Assembly (NCBI GenBank): GCA_965637545.1 | Contig: OZ281496.1 | Span: 14,012,001 to 14,076,000 of the forward strand | DNA: 64,000 bases | Reading direction: 5' to 3' | From: Phallusia mammillata | Lineage: Eukaryota | Notes under the pieces: model-generated | What the model saw: only the letters and a program-made list of their open reading frames with translations | Database searches by the model: none | What the model was told of the DNA's origin: nothing | Shown: piece after piece, positions 32,808-46,425 of the stretch | Layout: the number at the start of each line of letters is the position of its first letter | Position numbering within the stretch: the stretch's first letter is position 1 | Program-made: the position numbers and the translations under genes

Positions 32808-33413
32808 GGGTGCCTTCGAATACTACATGTGCGCTTGGTAACCTTTTTTCGTGTAACGTAACTTAAAACTACTGCAGGTAACTCTCTTTGGTGCGATTAA
32901 ACTCATAATAGGCGCGACGTAACTCGAAAATACTGCAGATGTCCTGTTTGTGTATGCGACGATTCATAAATACTGCAGTTCACTTTAAAACAAGCTTAAA
33001 ATGTTGGAAAAGTGTTACGATAGTCACAACAGACACCCAAAACCTAAATCCCTGAACTTAAGACCCTGAAGCCTTACCCTAGGCCTAAATCAATCCCAAC
33101 CTTTATTGCAGAACCTACAGCTTTTTAAACTAAAGTCGCACTACGAGTTTCCTCGCTTCAGAAAAGGTTACCTGCACTGTTTACGAACTTTGTCGCATTA
33201 AAACGAGTTACCCGGAATATACTTTTTTTCACGGGGTTCGAACCCAGGACACTCCCGGGGACGCATCCCGATCAGGTTTTTATGTCTGTATATGAGTCGG
33301 GCGCGCCAGGTCTTTCGGCCAAGTTCCTGCCCACCTGCAATATACCTAGCAAAGTACCAGCGGACTAAGAGCACTTAGCGCACCAGGTGGACCTGCAGTA
33401 TTCGAAGGCACAG
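32808..33413. mobile_element. Mutator (MULE)-like MITE nested in the hAT element
   Basis: TIR core GTGCCTTCGAATACT(A/G)CA at both ends; perfect 9-bp TSD AGGAAGAAG (32799-32807 / 33414-33422). Confidence 0.8.
33230..33330 (-). pseudogene. Degenerate tRNA-Leu-like sequence with an apparent anticodon-loop intron and a long variable arm, followed by A7
   Basis: The minus strand reads GCAGGAACTTGGCCGA...GCGCCCGACTCATA-[~17 nt]-GATCGGG...TCCCCGGGA...CTGGGTTCGAACCC. This resembles the 5' half of eukaryotic tRNA-Leu(CAA) (GTCAGGATGGCCGA...GCGCCAGACTCAAG, from memory). Anticodon stem CCCGA/TCGGG; the acceptor stem is lost. Confidence 0.55.
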
Positions 33414-34987
33414 AGGAAGAAGTAGTAAGGCTAGCTGCAAAATTGTTCTGTTAACAACACATACTTAAAGGAAAGAAACCGCAGAGCTAAAACATTTTAG
33501 AATATTTTTAATTTATCATTGTTTTCCGCACGCATCTAGTGTAAGCTAGTGCAAAATGTTGATTGCGAAAGTTAAAATTAACACTAAGCGATAGTATGAC
33601 GAAGATTACACCAGGTATGGATTTACTTGCCTCGTGAAAGATGGAGTGGATATACCGCAGCGTGCGTAATGGTTTTATCATGCGCTAACAGCTGCTTAAA
33701 ACCATTTCAACTCAACCAGCCTTCACACAACGTCACAATAAGCTGCAAATGGAGGATGATTTACGAAGCTCGCTTTCTAATATCAATCGTCGCATCGAGA
33801 TGCCAGTGATAAAAAATCAATCGCAAAAATCACATTGATTAAAATTACCTCTTTGCTTATTTTGTTTAAAGTAACAGGTAGTAAACTTGAAGTTGTTTTA
33901 ATTGTTATGTCCGTTTTGCAAAGTTTATAGGCTACAACATAGTGCGTACGGCTAATATTGTTATGGCACAAAACATTATTAAATTACCAGAGGTGGAAAA
34001 TTCCAACTTGGTGATTGACATAAGTGGGAAACTACACCAAAAAGGTTAAGAACCACTGGACTAGACGGTATACGTAGGGCGAACACAATGATAAGCAGCC
34101 TCGGTCAAGTTAGTTTAAGTGAGGCTCAACGACGTAAGAAGTAAGATGTCCGGTATGTGCCAGACATGGATATAATGTCTGGCCATAAATACGGAACGTG
34201 GATGGACCAACCATAAATCCGGACGTACGCCCCATGTATGGGGTTGTTTCAATGTCAACCCTTAGCCATAATTTTATGTAAGGTTGAAACACGGTTGTCA
34301 TGTGCGACCCGTACTTGGTTGCACCAGTAAGCCATATACGTACTTAGACACGGCCCGGGCATAAATTTTTGCCTGGTGTGCAATGCGAAATGAGACGTGT
34401 AGTTAGCATCGAGGCAAACTATAATTCCATATCGCGCGATCGGAAACAACATTCTTCATTTTTAAAACAATGATAAAAATGCATACACATTTTTTAACTT
34501 AATGATGACAGTCCCCCAAGACTACCATGTGCCCCGGTGCGACGCACCGACTGCCCTCCCCTCTTATGAGGCCTGTCTTATTGCCTTTTAGTTAGCTCGC
34601 CTAGACTGGAAGCAATAAAAACAACCTGCTGCGTCGCAGCGTAAAAATAACCTGCAAGTCGTAAAACCGCATGGTTTAGCCATATTTATCCTCGACAAAA
34701 CTTTCATGCAAAAACTTATGGCCAATCAATGGAATTTATTGCGATACATATTTCCAAGAGAGACCAACAAAAATTACACAGATAATTTAAATCACAAAGC
34801 AACAACTGCGTACTCAAAACAAAAGGATCAAAGTTCCAAACTTACCACGTAGTTATTTGTTAGTATCAACCTACTCAATTTCCTCAAGTGCGTAAATTCG
34901 AGAAAAAAATTACGTTTGGCAAGGAGGGTTACTAAAATACCACACCTGTTACAGACCTGGACTAAATTACTCAACCACCGCAACAAA

Positions 34988-36245
34988 TTAATTGATTTTG
35001 CACTTGTGTGTATTTAGGCAAGAAGCTGAAATGAAATTCTTTGTACATTTAGGGCAATGAAGTTTTTTTTAGATTGCCTTTTCCATGTTCTGTTCTCATG
35101 TGATCTTGAAACTTCTCTACTCTTGGAAAGCTAAGTGGACATTCAGTGCACTGATGACGTTGCGGCGTTGTGTGAACTTTCATTGACTCAACATATTTCC
35201 GCGCTGTCGAAATTTCTTCTCGCAATACTTACAAGTGAATGGCAATTCGCCGTTATGAAGTAACATATGGTTTTGCAAACTTGACTGTATCCGAAGCTCT
35301 CTTTGCAAACTTTGCACTGGTAAGGTTTTTTCTTGAAATGAACTTTTTCCTCATGGGTCGTCGCTAGTGTTTTTGTTACAAAAGTCTTTGAGCAAACGCC
35401 GCAATTAAATTGTTTCTTTCCGGTGTGTCGCACCATATGATACTTAAGATGATGCTCTCGACGGAAAGTTTTCTCACAAACGTCACATCTAAAGGGTTTT
35501 TCGTCATTGTGTACTCTCATATGGGCGATTAGGTTATGTTTCTGGTCTGAAGAGAACGTGCTTTCCGAACACTGGTGTCGCTGCTGCATGGACAGTCCTG
35601 GATGTTGTAATTTAAAATGCTCCACGAGATTTGCTTTGGTGTTGAACTGGTCTTTACACTTGATGCATTTGTAAACCAAATCTGTAAAATTGTTATGGTT
35701 ACATATAGAAACGAAGTGTAACGTGGTACCAGTGTCTAAATGAAAAAATGATGCTGCCACCAATCAAATAAAATCTTTCTACTCAAATCTGAAAAGTTAT
35801 TTATCATTTCGGACGAATTTAGCGTTTGTGAAAACAAATGTCAAAACAGTTTGTGCGATTAGAAATTTTTGTGACGATATAAAAGCATTTTAAACAAACC
35901 GTGATGAGATTTTTCGTGAAGTTTGCAAGTCCCCGTTTGTGCAAATTGCTTGTCGCAGAACTTGCACCTATACGGTTTTGCTCCCGTGTGTTTGTTTAAA
36001 TGCTGTTCATAGTTAAACTTTCGGTTGAAGACCTTTTGACAAAAACCACAAATAAACTTCTTTTCTTGTTTATGCGTAGATCGCTTGTGACTTTTCATGG
36101 AACTTGACTGGCTAAACTTTTCCCCACATTCTTTGCATTCGTAAGACTGTTCAAAAGTATGCGTGCGAGTGTGAAGTTTTAGATGCTCTTTCCGCTTGCA
36201 AATATCGCAGGAGGCTGGGCGTTTCAGCTCCTTCTGAAAAGACAT
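34988..36245 (-). pseudogene. C2H2 zinc-finger pseudogene, inverted paralog of 49291-50570 (exons 36245-35900 and 35681-34988)
   Basis: Same finger order and intron position as the plus-strand copy. It has a short deletion in finger 1 and at least two 1-nt deletions in exon 2 (~35290 and ~35190). Confidence 0.85.
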
Positions 36246-39200
36246 ATTTATGCAGTACAACAATCACCGACTAATTAATAACAAAGCTAAAAGCTAGCAT
36301 ATGTCAACGTTAATTGAAGCTTTCAAATTTAGCCTGTTTTAGAAATGCGTCTCTACCTTCAAAGTTTGCTGTACATACATTTGAGCTCATTCGACACAAG
36401 TTACTATAGCTCACTATTTATCCCAACCGTATTTTTTTAGTTCCTAAATATCGCAAGCCACAGGGTAAAAATGATTTTTTGTCTCTGAAACAGTGGTGCA
36501 AGAAATCCGATAAGACTTATCGAACTTTTTGTTAAGAAAAGATACGTTCAAGTTAGGTACTCACCAATGGTTGTACTTTCCCATTGTTTTCCTTACAACA
36601 AAGGGGTTTAGTCTCAAACTTTTGAAAACACGCAATTCAACACCATACAAAGACCCCATAACAGTGACTTGTTCTTCTTACTTTTGGGTATTTTTCGTCT
36701 GGTTACTTGCATACGTCGGTGGGTGGTTCAGTTTTGTTGTCTATAAGCATAAATTTTCATTCCTTCGAGGACAAGCAACTAAGTCAACCCACAAGTTGCA
36801 TTTCGCATAAAACACATTTTATATCTATATTTCGTGCGCGAACAACGCCAGACGTTGACGGTAGCTACGCCTAAAAACAGCTTGAACTGTCGGGCTGTCC
36901 GGTTGGTTAATCCGGCACTGACTGCAATATAGATTTAATAGAACAAATAATAATTAAAATGTTTACCCTCCCCAAACAATAAAAGCTGCAGTAGTGTAGC
37001 CTGAAATAAGTACTACAGCAACTTTCAGCGATCATCAAGACAAATCGTAAATAGTGAAGATCAACTTCCTTAGAACACTAGCTTGGTCGTGATTAAACCG
37101 AAAAGAAAAACAGAAGCAATCTGGTAATTAAATTACTGAAACCCACCGGCAACTTTTTCAATTCAGGTTCCGATAAATTTTCACACTATCGCTAAAGGGT
37201 GTAACATGCGGCATCACTTGCAAATGCATTCATCTCTGCTGTTTTACTGGCTGTTAGGTTAATGTTGCCGAAATGTTTGTATTTTGCTAACAGTGTTAAA
37301 ACGACAAACACAATAGTTTAAGTTATTAATTTGGTTCAAGTCGGCCAACAAACACCGACACTTATTTAAGATAATATGCAACACAAAGTGAGTTAGTTCT
37401 GGTCTTGTCTGTTGAATTAAGATCTGTCTAATTCAGTTTCATGTTAAGTCGTTAAGTCTGGTTCTTAGTTCAATTAAGTTCTGGTTATTTAGTGTCTCAG
37501 GTATCATGCACATATAGTAAAGCAAGTGACGATGACGTAACTGCACAGATGTAGTGACAAATGGGAATTTAGGTCGATTGTCAATAAAGTGATGATGGCG
37601 AAACAATACCATCACATGATTTAAATTAATAGTCCGAATGAGAACCCGACAGTTTGCAATAAAAAATTTTTGCAATAAAAATTTAAACAAGAAAATCACA
37701 AATTGGTTTTGATGATTGTGTTCGAGATCTGTCGATTTATTTCTCAGGGTTCGAAATTTTTCTAGTTCCCTTGCAATAATCTTTTGGTAATCCGAGAACA
37801 TTTAAAACTTGTTGTTCCTTTTCTGATTTGCAGGCTCGTAGACCCTTAAAGCGAAGGGTTGCTTCGAACTTTCAAATCGCGGTAAAGTCCATGGTGAAAT
37901 TTGACTTGTTGACTATTGTGGCATCGGCTTGTTGCAATTGTTTGGCACGCGTGATGAGAAATTTCCTTTTCCTGTATGTATTATTGTAGTTAAGATTTTT
38001 AACCCTCTGTTTGCAAACCTTGTTGACGAGTTTCTTCCGCATCGCCGTTGGTTTGGCTTCCATAGAATTATTCAAAAAATGAAGGATAGTGTTTCAAATT
38101 CATATAGCACACACTGTATCAGAAAGTCGCGTCATTATATGACCCCGGTGTTCTAACTTCTGAAATTGAACAGCGCAACTGTTTACAGTCAGTGGATGAA
38201 CGCAGATTAGGGAACTACAAGTAAACAACGTCAAAAATACCCTTCCAGGATAACTGTTAAATAACCCTAATGTCGGTCATATCAATATTTCGCACACATT
38301 AATCCAATTGCTTACTGCCAAGGGTTAAGAGACATGCAACGCAAAGACAGAGTCTAATTTTTATTAGCGAAATAAAAATAAACAACAACTCAGCAGATGC
38401 AGAATAGGCGCATTTCGGGGGTGCACTAAAAAAAAATCAGTTTAGTGCTAGACTGTGTCACATTGTAAGCATTTCTAGAACAAATCAAAAAAATACAAAC
38501 ACGGGCAGATAGCACGTGAGAGTACAGTTTGTTTTGGATTCTGCAGACCTGAATACATCTAATCACAGAAACACAAAATCAAGTAGCACGTACTCAGCGT
38601 TCCAATGAGAGCGAAAAAAATACAGAAATTTCACATCTGTTATGCATGACCGTTTCCGGAGAACACATGTCAATAAAAAGACCAAAACGCCATACCAGAT
38701 AAAAAAACAAGTCATACCACATAACCAAAAGAAAACAAAATACGACTGATGTGCTGGTATAAAATCTTTGAATACTGCTTTAAACAGATCCAAATCCTGG
38801 TTAACAATTTACTGCTAGCATAAAAGACTTTTTAATGGTACCAATGTCAGCAATATGTACATTAATTTTAAGCGTTATAGCAACCATTCTTCAAATCCTG
38901 TAAACCATGAACAAACTCCACAGTTATGCCGAGGAGGTCAAGCTCTGATGAAGTGTGGCAGGAAAAGCATCTAATCGTTAAGATTTTATAATAAGGTTAC
39001 TGTTAGTCAGCCCTCTACAAGTTAAAATAGACCTTATACCTTACCATCAAAATAACACATTTCAGCAAGAGAAATCCTGCAAAACTTCTCAAAATTCCAT
39101 TCAAACAATGGGGATGAGTAAAAAAACACTAGTCTTCCATTTGTTCTAATATCATTTTAAAAATTTCGTAAGACCATTCAATGCTATCCAGTGGTGAAAG

Positions 39201-39489
39201 CAATGGCGTAACAAAAAATTTATGTATATTGACCTTTAAATACATAGAGTAAACGAACATACATAACACTGGTTATTACTTTTAACCCAAAGAGTTACAA
39301 AAATATTTCCTGTTGAACAGTTGCAAAAATATGATTTGTTACAAACTAATACCCTCAGTTACTAGGGTGTTTTATTTCAGTATTACATTTTTTAAAAATG
39401 TTGAATTAAAGAAAACGTCAATCCTAAAACGCTGATAAACAACTAAAATCAACAAACTGACTTTCTCATCACAAAATGTAGAAAGCAAA

Positions 39490-39845
39490 ATGTGAAAGTG
39501 AAAGGTTTCTTTTACGTGATTTACGATTGGGATTAGGAGACCCGTCACTTTTGTCTACATTTTCCTGCAAAGTCATGTTAAAGTCACCCCCTCGTCTTAC
39601 GACTTTGGGTGAGTGCGAATCTTTTTTTGTGAGCAAGATTGCCTTTTTGTGAGCAGGATTGCCTTTACTACGGGTAGAGCTATGTGCCCAATCTATTTTG
39701 TTACCCAATTCTATTTCAACTGAAGAGTACGTTTCCTGGAGAAAAACGACATAAAATACTTTCCCTTTAAGAAAGTGAAAAATAGCTTTCGTTTGTTATA
39801 ATTCCCAATACCCTCCACATTGAATGAGGTATTAATTTATACGGA
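39490..39845 (-). mobile_element. Tx1/L1 AP-endonuclease fragment with internal deletions
   Basis: SFNVEGIGNYNKRK, VVFLQETYSS, WAHSSTRSKG, GGDFNMTL. Confidence 0.75.
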
Positions 39846-40189
39846 CATCGCAGTAAAAAATAAGTTAAGAACAAACACTCTATTGATACTTTCGTCAATT
39901 GCTAATGAAATCAAATCGCTGAGGCAAAAAAAATCAACAAAATGTATAATTATTATATTACTTTGGTGGTAAACAAAGAAACATACCAATCAAAACTTTA
40001 GCAATTTTATTACCCTCATTTTTAATTATACTATCTTATTGGCTGTGCAATTTTTGTCCCTTTCACGCGCCCGCCATTCCAGAACTTTTGATGTTGAGTC
40101 TTCGCATGTCATTTCGTTATTCCAACTTGCTATCAATGAAGTATTTGCCGGGGTAAAGCGTAATGCCTTTTACGAATCACAACCTTGCA

Positions 40190-40360
40190 ACTCTGTTTAT
40201 TGCCTTTTTGTGTTGAGTGAATTGACATGTGCCTTCAAATGTTCACCACGTTGAAATGTTTTTTCACAAACTTCACATCGATGAGGTTTCTCATTGGTGT
40301 GCGTCAACATGTGTCTTTTAAACTTCCAATAAGACTGAATCTGTACAAATGCCTCCCACA
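40190..40360 (-). pseudogene. C2H2 zinc-finger remnant (about 1.5 fingers)
   Basis: [38 protein letters not shown]; similar to the last fingers of the 60340-60925 locus. Confidence 0.75.
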
Positions 40361-40564
40361 GGTGTTGTTATGTTTTGATTTAAACGTTTCAAGCATCGAA
40401 CAGCGTGTAAACTCGTGGTTGTATTGTGCTTGCTGTTATAAGAAAAAGCAATTCACAGGCGTAGATGTGCAGTCTGTTATGAGGATATTTCGTCAAAGGA
40501 AAATTTATTTTTTAAGTTGATGCAAAGGACAGTGTGTAGCCATGCTGTTTCCATTTTATGATAT

Positions 40565-43500
40565 TGTAGCGCTGTTTACTTGCGCAAGTGCAAATATTGA
40601 ATAAACACAACACAGAAAGGGCGAGACAAAACACGTTGCAAATAGAAAAAGGCACGTGACGTATTGTGCAGTTCGATTACGCGTGAATGGTTAACGCAGT
40701 TGGGGAAAACACCCAGTTGTCGCCACACAGCCCCCCTCCAGAATCGTACAATGCGCGACAAAAATGGTTGACGTCTGGTCGCATTCTCGCGAAGGCATTG
40801 CATGCGTTTTTCTTCGGGGGCCGTCCTCTTCTTGGGGGTTGTGCAACCTGAACAGGCATAGTTAAATCGACCTGTGCTGGTTTGAGTCTGTCAACCGAAA
40901 CGGTTTGTGGTCGCCCACCCAAATCCACTATGAAAGACTTCTCGCCGGTCTCAATGACTTTGTAGGGACCCTCATATGGCGGTCGATGGGAATCTTTCCT
41001 GATAAACACAAACTTTGTTGTTGACAAATTAGCTGGAATAGCTGAGTTTTTAAGACCATGGCGGGACATACGGACCGGAGCCTGCTTTGAAATCGTATCT
41101 TCCAGAGTAGGGAGAAGTGTTGCTAAATCTGACGAAGGATTTTTCAGTGGGACGATGTCTCCCGGTATCCGTATCGGCACACCATATACAAGCTGAGCGG
41201 ACGATGCTTGTAACTCTTCTTTAGGTATGGTTCTAATTCCTAGAAGTACCCATGGTAACTCATCAAGCCAATTTGAACTGGGATACTGGCCATGAGGGCA
41301 CTTTTTAAGTGTCTATGAAATCGTTCCACGAGCCCGTTTGCTTGCGGGTGGAAAGCCGTGGTTTTATGAAGCTTAATGCCTAAAAGCTGATTCATCATTG
41401 ACCGCAGTTCTGAAGTGAATTGCGCCCCACGATCTAAAGAAATATCTGCTGGAATGCCAAATCGGGCAATCCAGTTGCTCTAGCACAGTGGTTCTCCACT
41501 AAAGTAAATCACCAAGTTCGAATTTGTTATTTTTATAATGATGTTTTGTGCCCAACATCAACAAAAATGATTCTTTAAAAAAAAAAAATATGTGAAGCGA
41601 TTTGGTCGGGACCTTAAAGGTATACTGAAATCTTATTTAGTGATTTCGTGGGTAAGTAAATTGTGTGGCATTTTAAAAAATCTCATGTGCTTGCAATAGT
41701 AGTCATTTACAGAATCAACGGACCAAATGCATTTATTCGCGAACAATAACAAAGTCCTTTGAACTTCAGCTTAGTAATAGAGGTGCGATAAGGTTGCATC
41801 TCGTTATGAGCTTCTTGCTTGGCGGAGCCAATAACATGTAATCAAAATTAACACAGTCAGAAACACTTGCGAGCAAGGACCTGGAGAGTGCATCAGCAAC
41901 ATGTTTGTTTTTACCGTCAATATGTTTAATATCAGTGGTAAACTCTGAAATGTATGAAAGGTGTCGTTGCTGACGTGCTGACCACGGATATGTAGCTTTA
42001 TTAATGGCAAATGTGAGTGGTTTATGGTCCGTGTACGCGGTGAAAGATATTCCTTCCAAAAAATATTTAAAATGGCGGACAGCCAAATACAATGCCGCTC
42101 GCGGTAAAAGGTGCTGTACTTAAGCTCAGCTGGCCGTAGGCATTTGCTAAAAAACGCCAAAGGTCTCCATTGACTGTCGATTAGCTGCTCCAAAACTGCG
42201 CCAACAGCAAACCCGGCAGCGTCCACGATTAAAGCGGTTTTTGCCTCGAGCCCTGGGTGGTTAAGTAGCGTAGCATTTGCAAGTGCGTCTTTAGCTTCAT
42301 CAAAAGCGGTTTGAAGGCTTTCTGTCCACGTCAAATCTTTGGCTTATTAGACAGAGCTTTGTATATGGGTAACAACATTATGGTAGCAGCTGATGGTATG
42401 AATCGATGATAAAAATTTATTACCACTAAATTGCTGTAAACCTGCAATTGTTGTTGGGCGTTTGAATCTTCGTATTGCCTCCACTTTTTCCGGCAAGGGC
42501 TTGGCCCCATGAACATTAACTTGATGTTCAAGAAAATCAATTTGTGTCTGCCGAACCTGCACTTCGCAGTGTTAATAATAAGCCCATGGCTGTCTAATCT
42601 TTTGAACAGTTGTCGTAGATGGTCAATATGCTCACTTGAAGTTTTGCTGGCCACAAGAATATCGTCAAGATAAACAAAAGCAAAAGGTAAATTTTGGCAG
42701 ACGAAATCCATTAAACGCTGGAAAGCTTGTGCTGCGTTTTTTAATCGAAATGGCATACGCAAGAATTCGAACAAAGCGAATGGGGTAATTACTGCAGTCT
42801 TTGGTACATCAACTGGCGCAACAGGCACTTGGTGATAACCACGAACCAAGTGTAGTCACCACAGGGCCTCCAACCGCCGGATGCTTTGGGCACCATGTGT
42901 AAAGGCGATGACCAGAGACTCGAAGAACGCCGCACGATTCCTAGGTCAAGCAAGTGTTGAAATTCCTGTTTGGCAATCTTCAATTTTTCAGGGGGCGGAC
43001 GCCTTGCCCTGGCATGGACTGGCGGCCCATTTGTAATATTAAAGTGCTCTAACTGATGCTTGGGTTGTGAGTCAGAAAAGCTACTTTTGGTCAGATTGGG
43101 GAATTCTGAAAGTAGTTTGGTGTAAGTTGGTTGTACTGCAAATGACATTATGTCACCCGCTGAATTCACTGTCTTAGAAGAATTCACAATATCTGCAGAA
43201 CTCGGATGCCACAGTCGATGGCGCTTGACGTCGACAAGCAACCCATTTGCATGCAAAAAAAACGATGCCCAGCAGGGGCCGAGATACATCGGCTATTACA
43301 ATTTTCCAAGCAAATCTACCAATGGAAAGATGCAAACTTAAAACTTTGAAGCCGTACGTACGCACACTAGTTCCATTGGCTGCTTTTAGTGAAACACCAG
43401 GTCTGTTTGAGCGACGATCCTGTCCAGTTGCAGGTAGCACACTTACTTCAGCACAACTGTCGATTAAGAAGTTGGCTCATGTGTTGCGGTCTGACACGAA

Positions 43501-44368
43501 AAAGAGTCGGTTTTGCCTGCCGGCCGTCGCAGTCAATGGGCGGCCGGCTGGCTCGTTTCCCTGACAAATACATGGACATGCCTTGGGCCCAAAGCGCTAA
43601 TGTAGAAAACAAAGCCCGTCTCCACGCGGATCAAAAGCAGAGGTGTTGCTTTGACTCTGCACTTTTGAAACAATAAAATTTGGGTCGTGCCTTGCTTGCC
43701 ATAAAACATCTGGCCTCTTGGCGAAACTTCGAAGGTCGTCGATGTTCTCATTTGCCAAAATAATTCTGATGTCTTCTGGCATTTGTTCTAAAAATATATG
43801 CTCAAAAAGGAAACACGGCTTGTGATCGCCTAATAAAACCAGCATTTCATCCATTAGGGCTGAAAGCTTTCCGTCCCCTAAATCAGGCAAATTTGAAAGA
43901 CGAGCGGCTCTCTCTTGCTTTGAAAGAGAATATGTGTCCAACAGTTGCTGCTTAAGCGCTTCATGTTTTTCTTCTGCAGGCGGATGTTCCAACAAATCAA
44001 TTAGACGTTGTGCTGTGTTTTGATCCAATGCAGAAACCACGTAATTAAACTTTGTTTTATCGTCAATTATTTTCCGCAAAGCAAACTGTGCTTCTGCTTG
44101 ATTAAACCAAACACGCGGTTGCGCGGCCAAAAATGTCGGCAACTTTAAAGACACTGCATGCTCTTCCATCCTGAGAAATTCGTTCTCAGGTTACGGGGTC
44201 ACCACTGTAGCGCTGTTTATTTGCGCTAGATCAAATATCGAATGAACACAAAGCAGAAAGGGCGAGACAAAACACCTTGCAAATAGAAAAAGGCACGTGA
44301 CGTATTGTGCGGTTCGGTTACGCGTGAATGGTTAACGCAGTTGGGGAAAACACCCAGTTGTCGCCACA
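40565..44368 (-). mobile_element. Ty3/Gypsy LTR retrotransposon, CsRN1-like, with frameshifted gag-pol
   Basis: 163-bp LTRs at 44368-44206 and 40727-40565 (11 mismatches counted); ATAT TSD; PBS TGGTGACCCCG (44204-44194) complementary to the tRNA-Trp 3' end; PPT GGAGGGGGGCTG. Gag KLPTF..QPRVWFNQAEAQF, RT AFVYLDDILV, RNase H TDHKPL, integrase ANGLVERFHR. Confidence 0.95.
41486..41765. mobile_element. One-ended hAT MITE fragment replacing the integrase N-terminal half; right limit approximate
   Basis: CAGTGGTTCTC terminus at 41486 next to CTCTAGCA. The integrase HHCC domain and first Asp are missing at this point. Confidence 0.55.
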
Positions 44369-44936
44369 ATATAAAGCAAGAGTCAAATGTAGCAGTTAGA
44401 ATAGGTTTGCAATAACTTTCTGTTGTTGACACTTTTGTGTTGCATTTAGTGACAACAACGAAAACGACACTGGCAGTTATGGAAATTGCATGTATGCTAA
44501 AACAATTCGGCCATGTATCAGCAAGGGTCATAGGATTTGTACATTGGTCGTTTCTATCAGGGTTGTGGTGTGCCTACAGGTTGCGTCTTTATTACATGCT
44601 ACTTAACAGTTTTATTGCCGTTGTCTATATATCTGGCAACCCCTACAGAGCGTCACAGGAAGTATGACGTCATCTAGAACAATGGTAACACAGCATTACA
44701 ATAACCGCATGTCCATATTATACTTGTTTGTATTGGAGCAACGCGTTCAAAAAAAGCATACACGCAAGTCGTAGTCATCTTAAGAATCTAAAAGCTTGTG
44801 TAAGAAGTGCTTGATTTTACTAATTTGATTTGGACGCTTTTTCTGAAAAAGTGAAAACAAGTGGCTTTCAGGCATTATTCGTCGAAAAACGCAATACAAA
44901 CGAAAATATTACATTTTAGATTTTGCATTTTCTTAG

Positions 44937-46425
44937 CCTAAGTTAAACTTTATTAGTCCGGTGGATGCAAACCTGATGATGTCATACCATTTAGGATTTT
45001 CTCGTAGTGGTGATGGTTTACAAGCAGGAGAAGATTCCTATTCAGAAGTGGGAGTCCCACCTGCAAAACCTATTCCTGTTCAGGGTTATGTGAATTACAA
45101 TTTTGAGGTAGGAAAAACATACCCATATCTTCCTAGTTTTGTTCATTGAAATCTATCCAACTTTCGCTAATGTAAAAACATTGATGTGGAGTTTGCATTA
45201 CTAAATAGTTTAACTTAAACCGCACACACTTTATAGGTGGGGAGAAAAGGAAAGGTCCCAGGTCAGTGCGGGGGCTGGGTACAACATTTTACCACCAGCA
45301 AGGATGGCAAAATCCTGTATGTATGTGACCTTTGGAACAAACGCGTACAGGTAATTGACTTGTTAAAGCGAAAACCAATGTGAGTAGCTAAGTTTAAAAC
45401 ACTGAAGATTACGATAGTTACGAGCTCTAATTCCACAGTTGTTAATTGTTGGTGTAAAAAAAAAGAATTAATTTAACACAAATTTATGATCTGGATCTCG
45501 CATTCTCTCTTCTTTACAGAAGTACCACTATGGAGGGATTTAACTTCCAAGCGCAAGGTGTCCAGGTTTTTAGGGACGGGAACATGTATTAATTGCGTTG
45601 GTTTGGACGCGACTTCGAGGATTCGGATTTCTCTCCCGAAGGCCGAAAAATAAGCAGCTTCGGACCGGGTGTGATCGGTTCAACGTCTTGTATCGCTGTA
45701 GACAATATGGACCGAATCGTTGCTATTGACAGGTAAGTTTCAAATTAAGAGCACATTCAATTCAGTTTGTACATCCGCTGAAACTTTTTCTTAGTATTCT
45801 TTAACTTTAGTTGTTAATGGTAACAGGCCAGTGAATAGAAGAAATATAGACTCAGCTAATCTATAAGTCTGAATAACGAATATAAGAATGATTTGTAAAG
45901 AATGTTGAACTTATAACGTAACATTATTGCAGTTGTGTGAAGATAAGGTTAAACATTTGATTTTTCTGTCATGCAGACGCAAGATGCGGATTTCTACGTG
46001 TTCAAAAGATGGCAGACTCTTGGAAAGTTTTTCATCCGGGCATCAAGGGCGACCTCCTGCGAATTTGCTGCAACAGTAAAGGCTACGTTGTGGTGCCAAA
46101 CCACCTTGAAAACCAGGTGGTGGTTTTTGACCCTTATGGGAACCCCATACACCTGATCCGCCCCCTAAGCGGTTGTGGGTACGAGATGAAGTACCCGGCC
46201 GGCGTCACGTGCGATTGTCATGACAACGTGTTTGTTTGTGATGTGGGGAATCACCGAGTTTTGCAGTTCAACTCTGATTGTGAGTTCAGGGCAGCAACAT
46301 TAACCAAGCGTGACCACAAGCTATGGCGACCTCATGACGTCACTGCGACAAAATTGGGCGATTTAGTTGTCAGCGAAGTTTCCGAAATTTTTCGCCAAAA
46401 GTGTATTAGGATTTGCTTTCTGTAA
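44937..46425 (+). pseudogene. NHL-repeat (beta-propeller) gene, at least 4 exons, disrupted
   Basis: Exons with GT-AG borders encode LYVCDLWNKRVQ, GVQVFRDGNMY, CIAVDNMDRIVAID and YPAGVTCDCHDNVFVCDVGNHRVLQF. There is an in-frame stop and frameshifts near 45590 and 46030. Confidence 0.7.

Larger units (their letters stand above)
32569..34058. mobile_element. Non-autonomous hAT element
   Basis: 15-bp perfect TIR CAGTGGTTCTTAACC; perfect TSD GACTAGAC. Confidence 0.95.

Noticed and set aside
34110-34452. GC-richer block with short ORFs
   Set aside because: No domain, terminal repeat or TSD could be supported.
37439-38075. Penelope-like N-terminal coding remnant
   Set aside because: Only vague Lys/Arg-rich similarity; no RT, GIY-YIG or terminal structure is visible.
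38945-38970. Hammerhead-like CTGATGA...GAAA
   Set aside because: No convincing stem II or III and no retroelement context.
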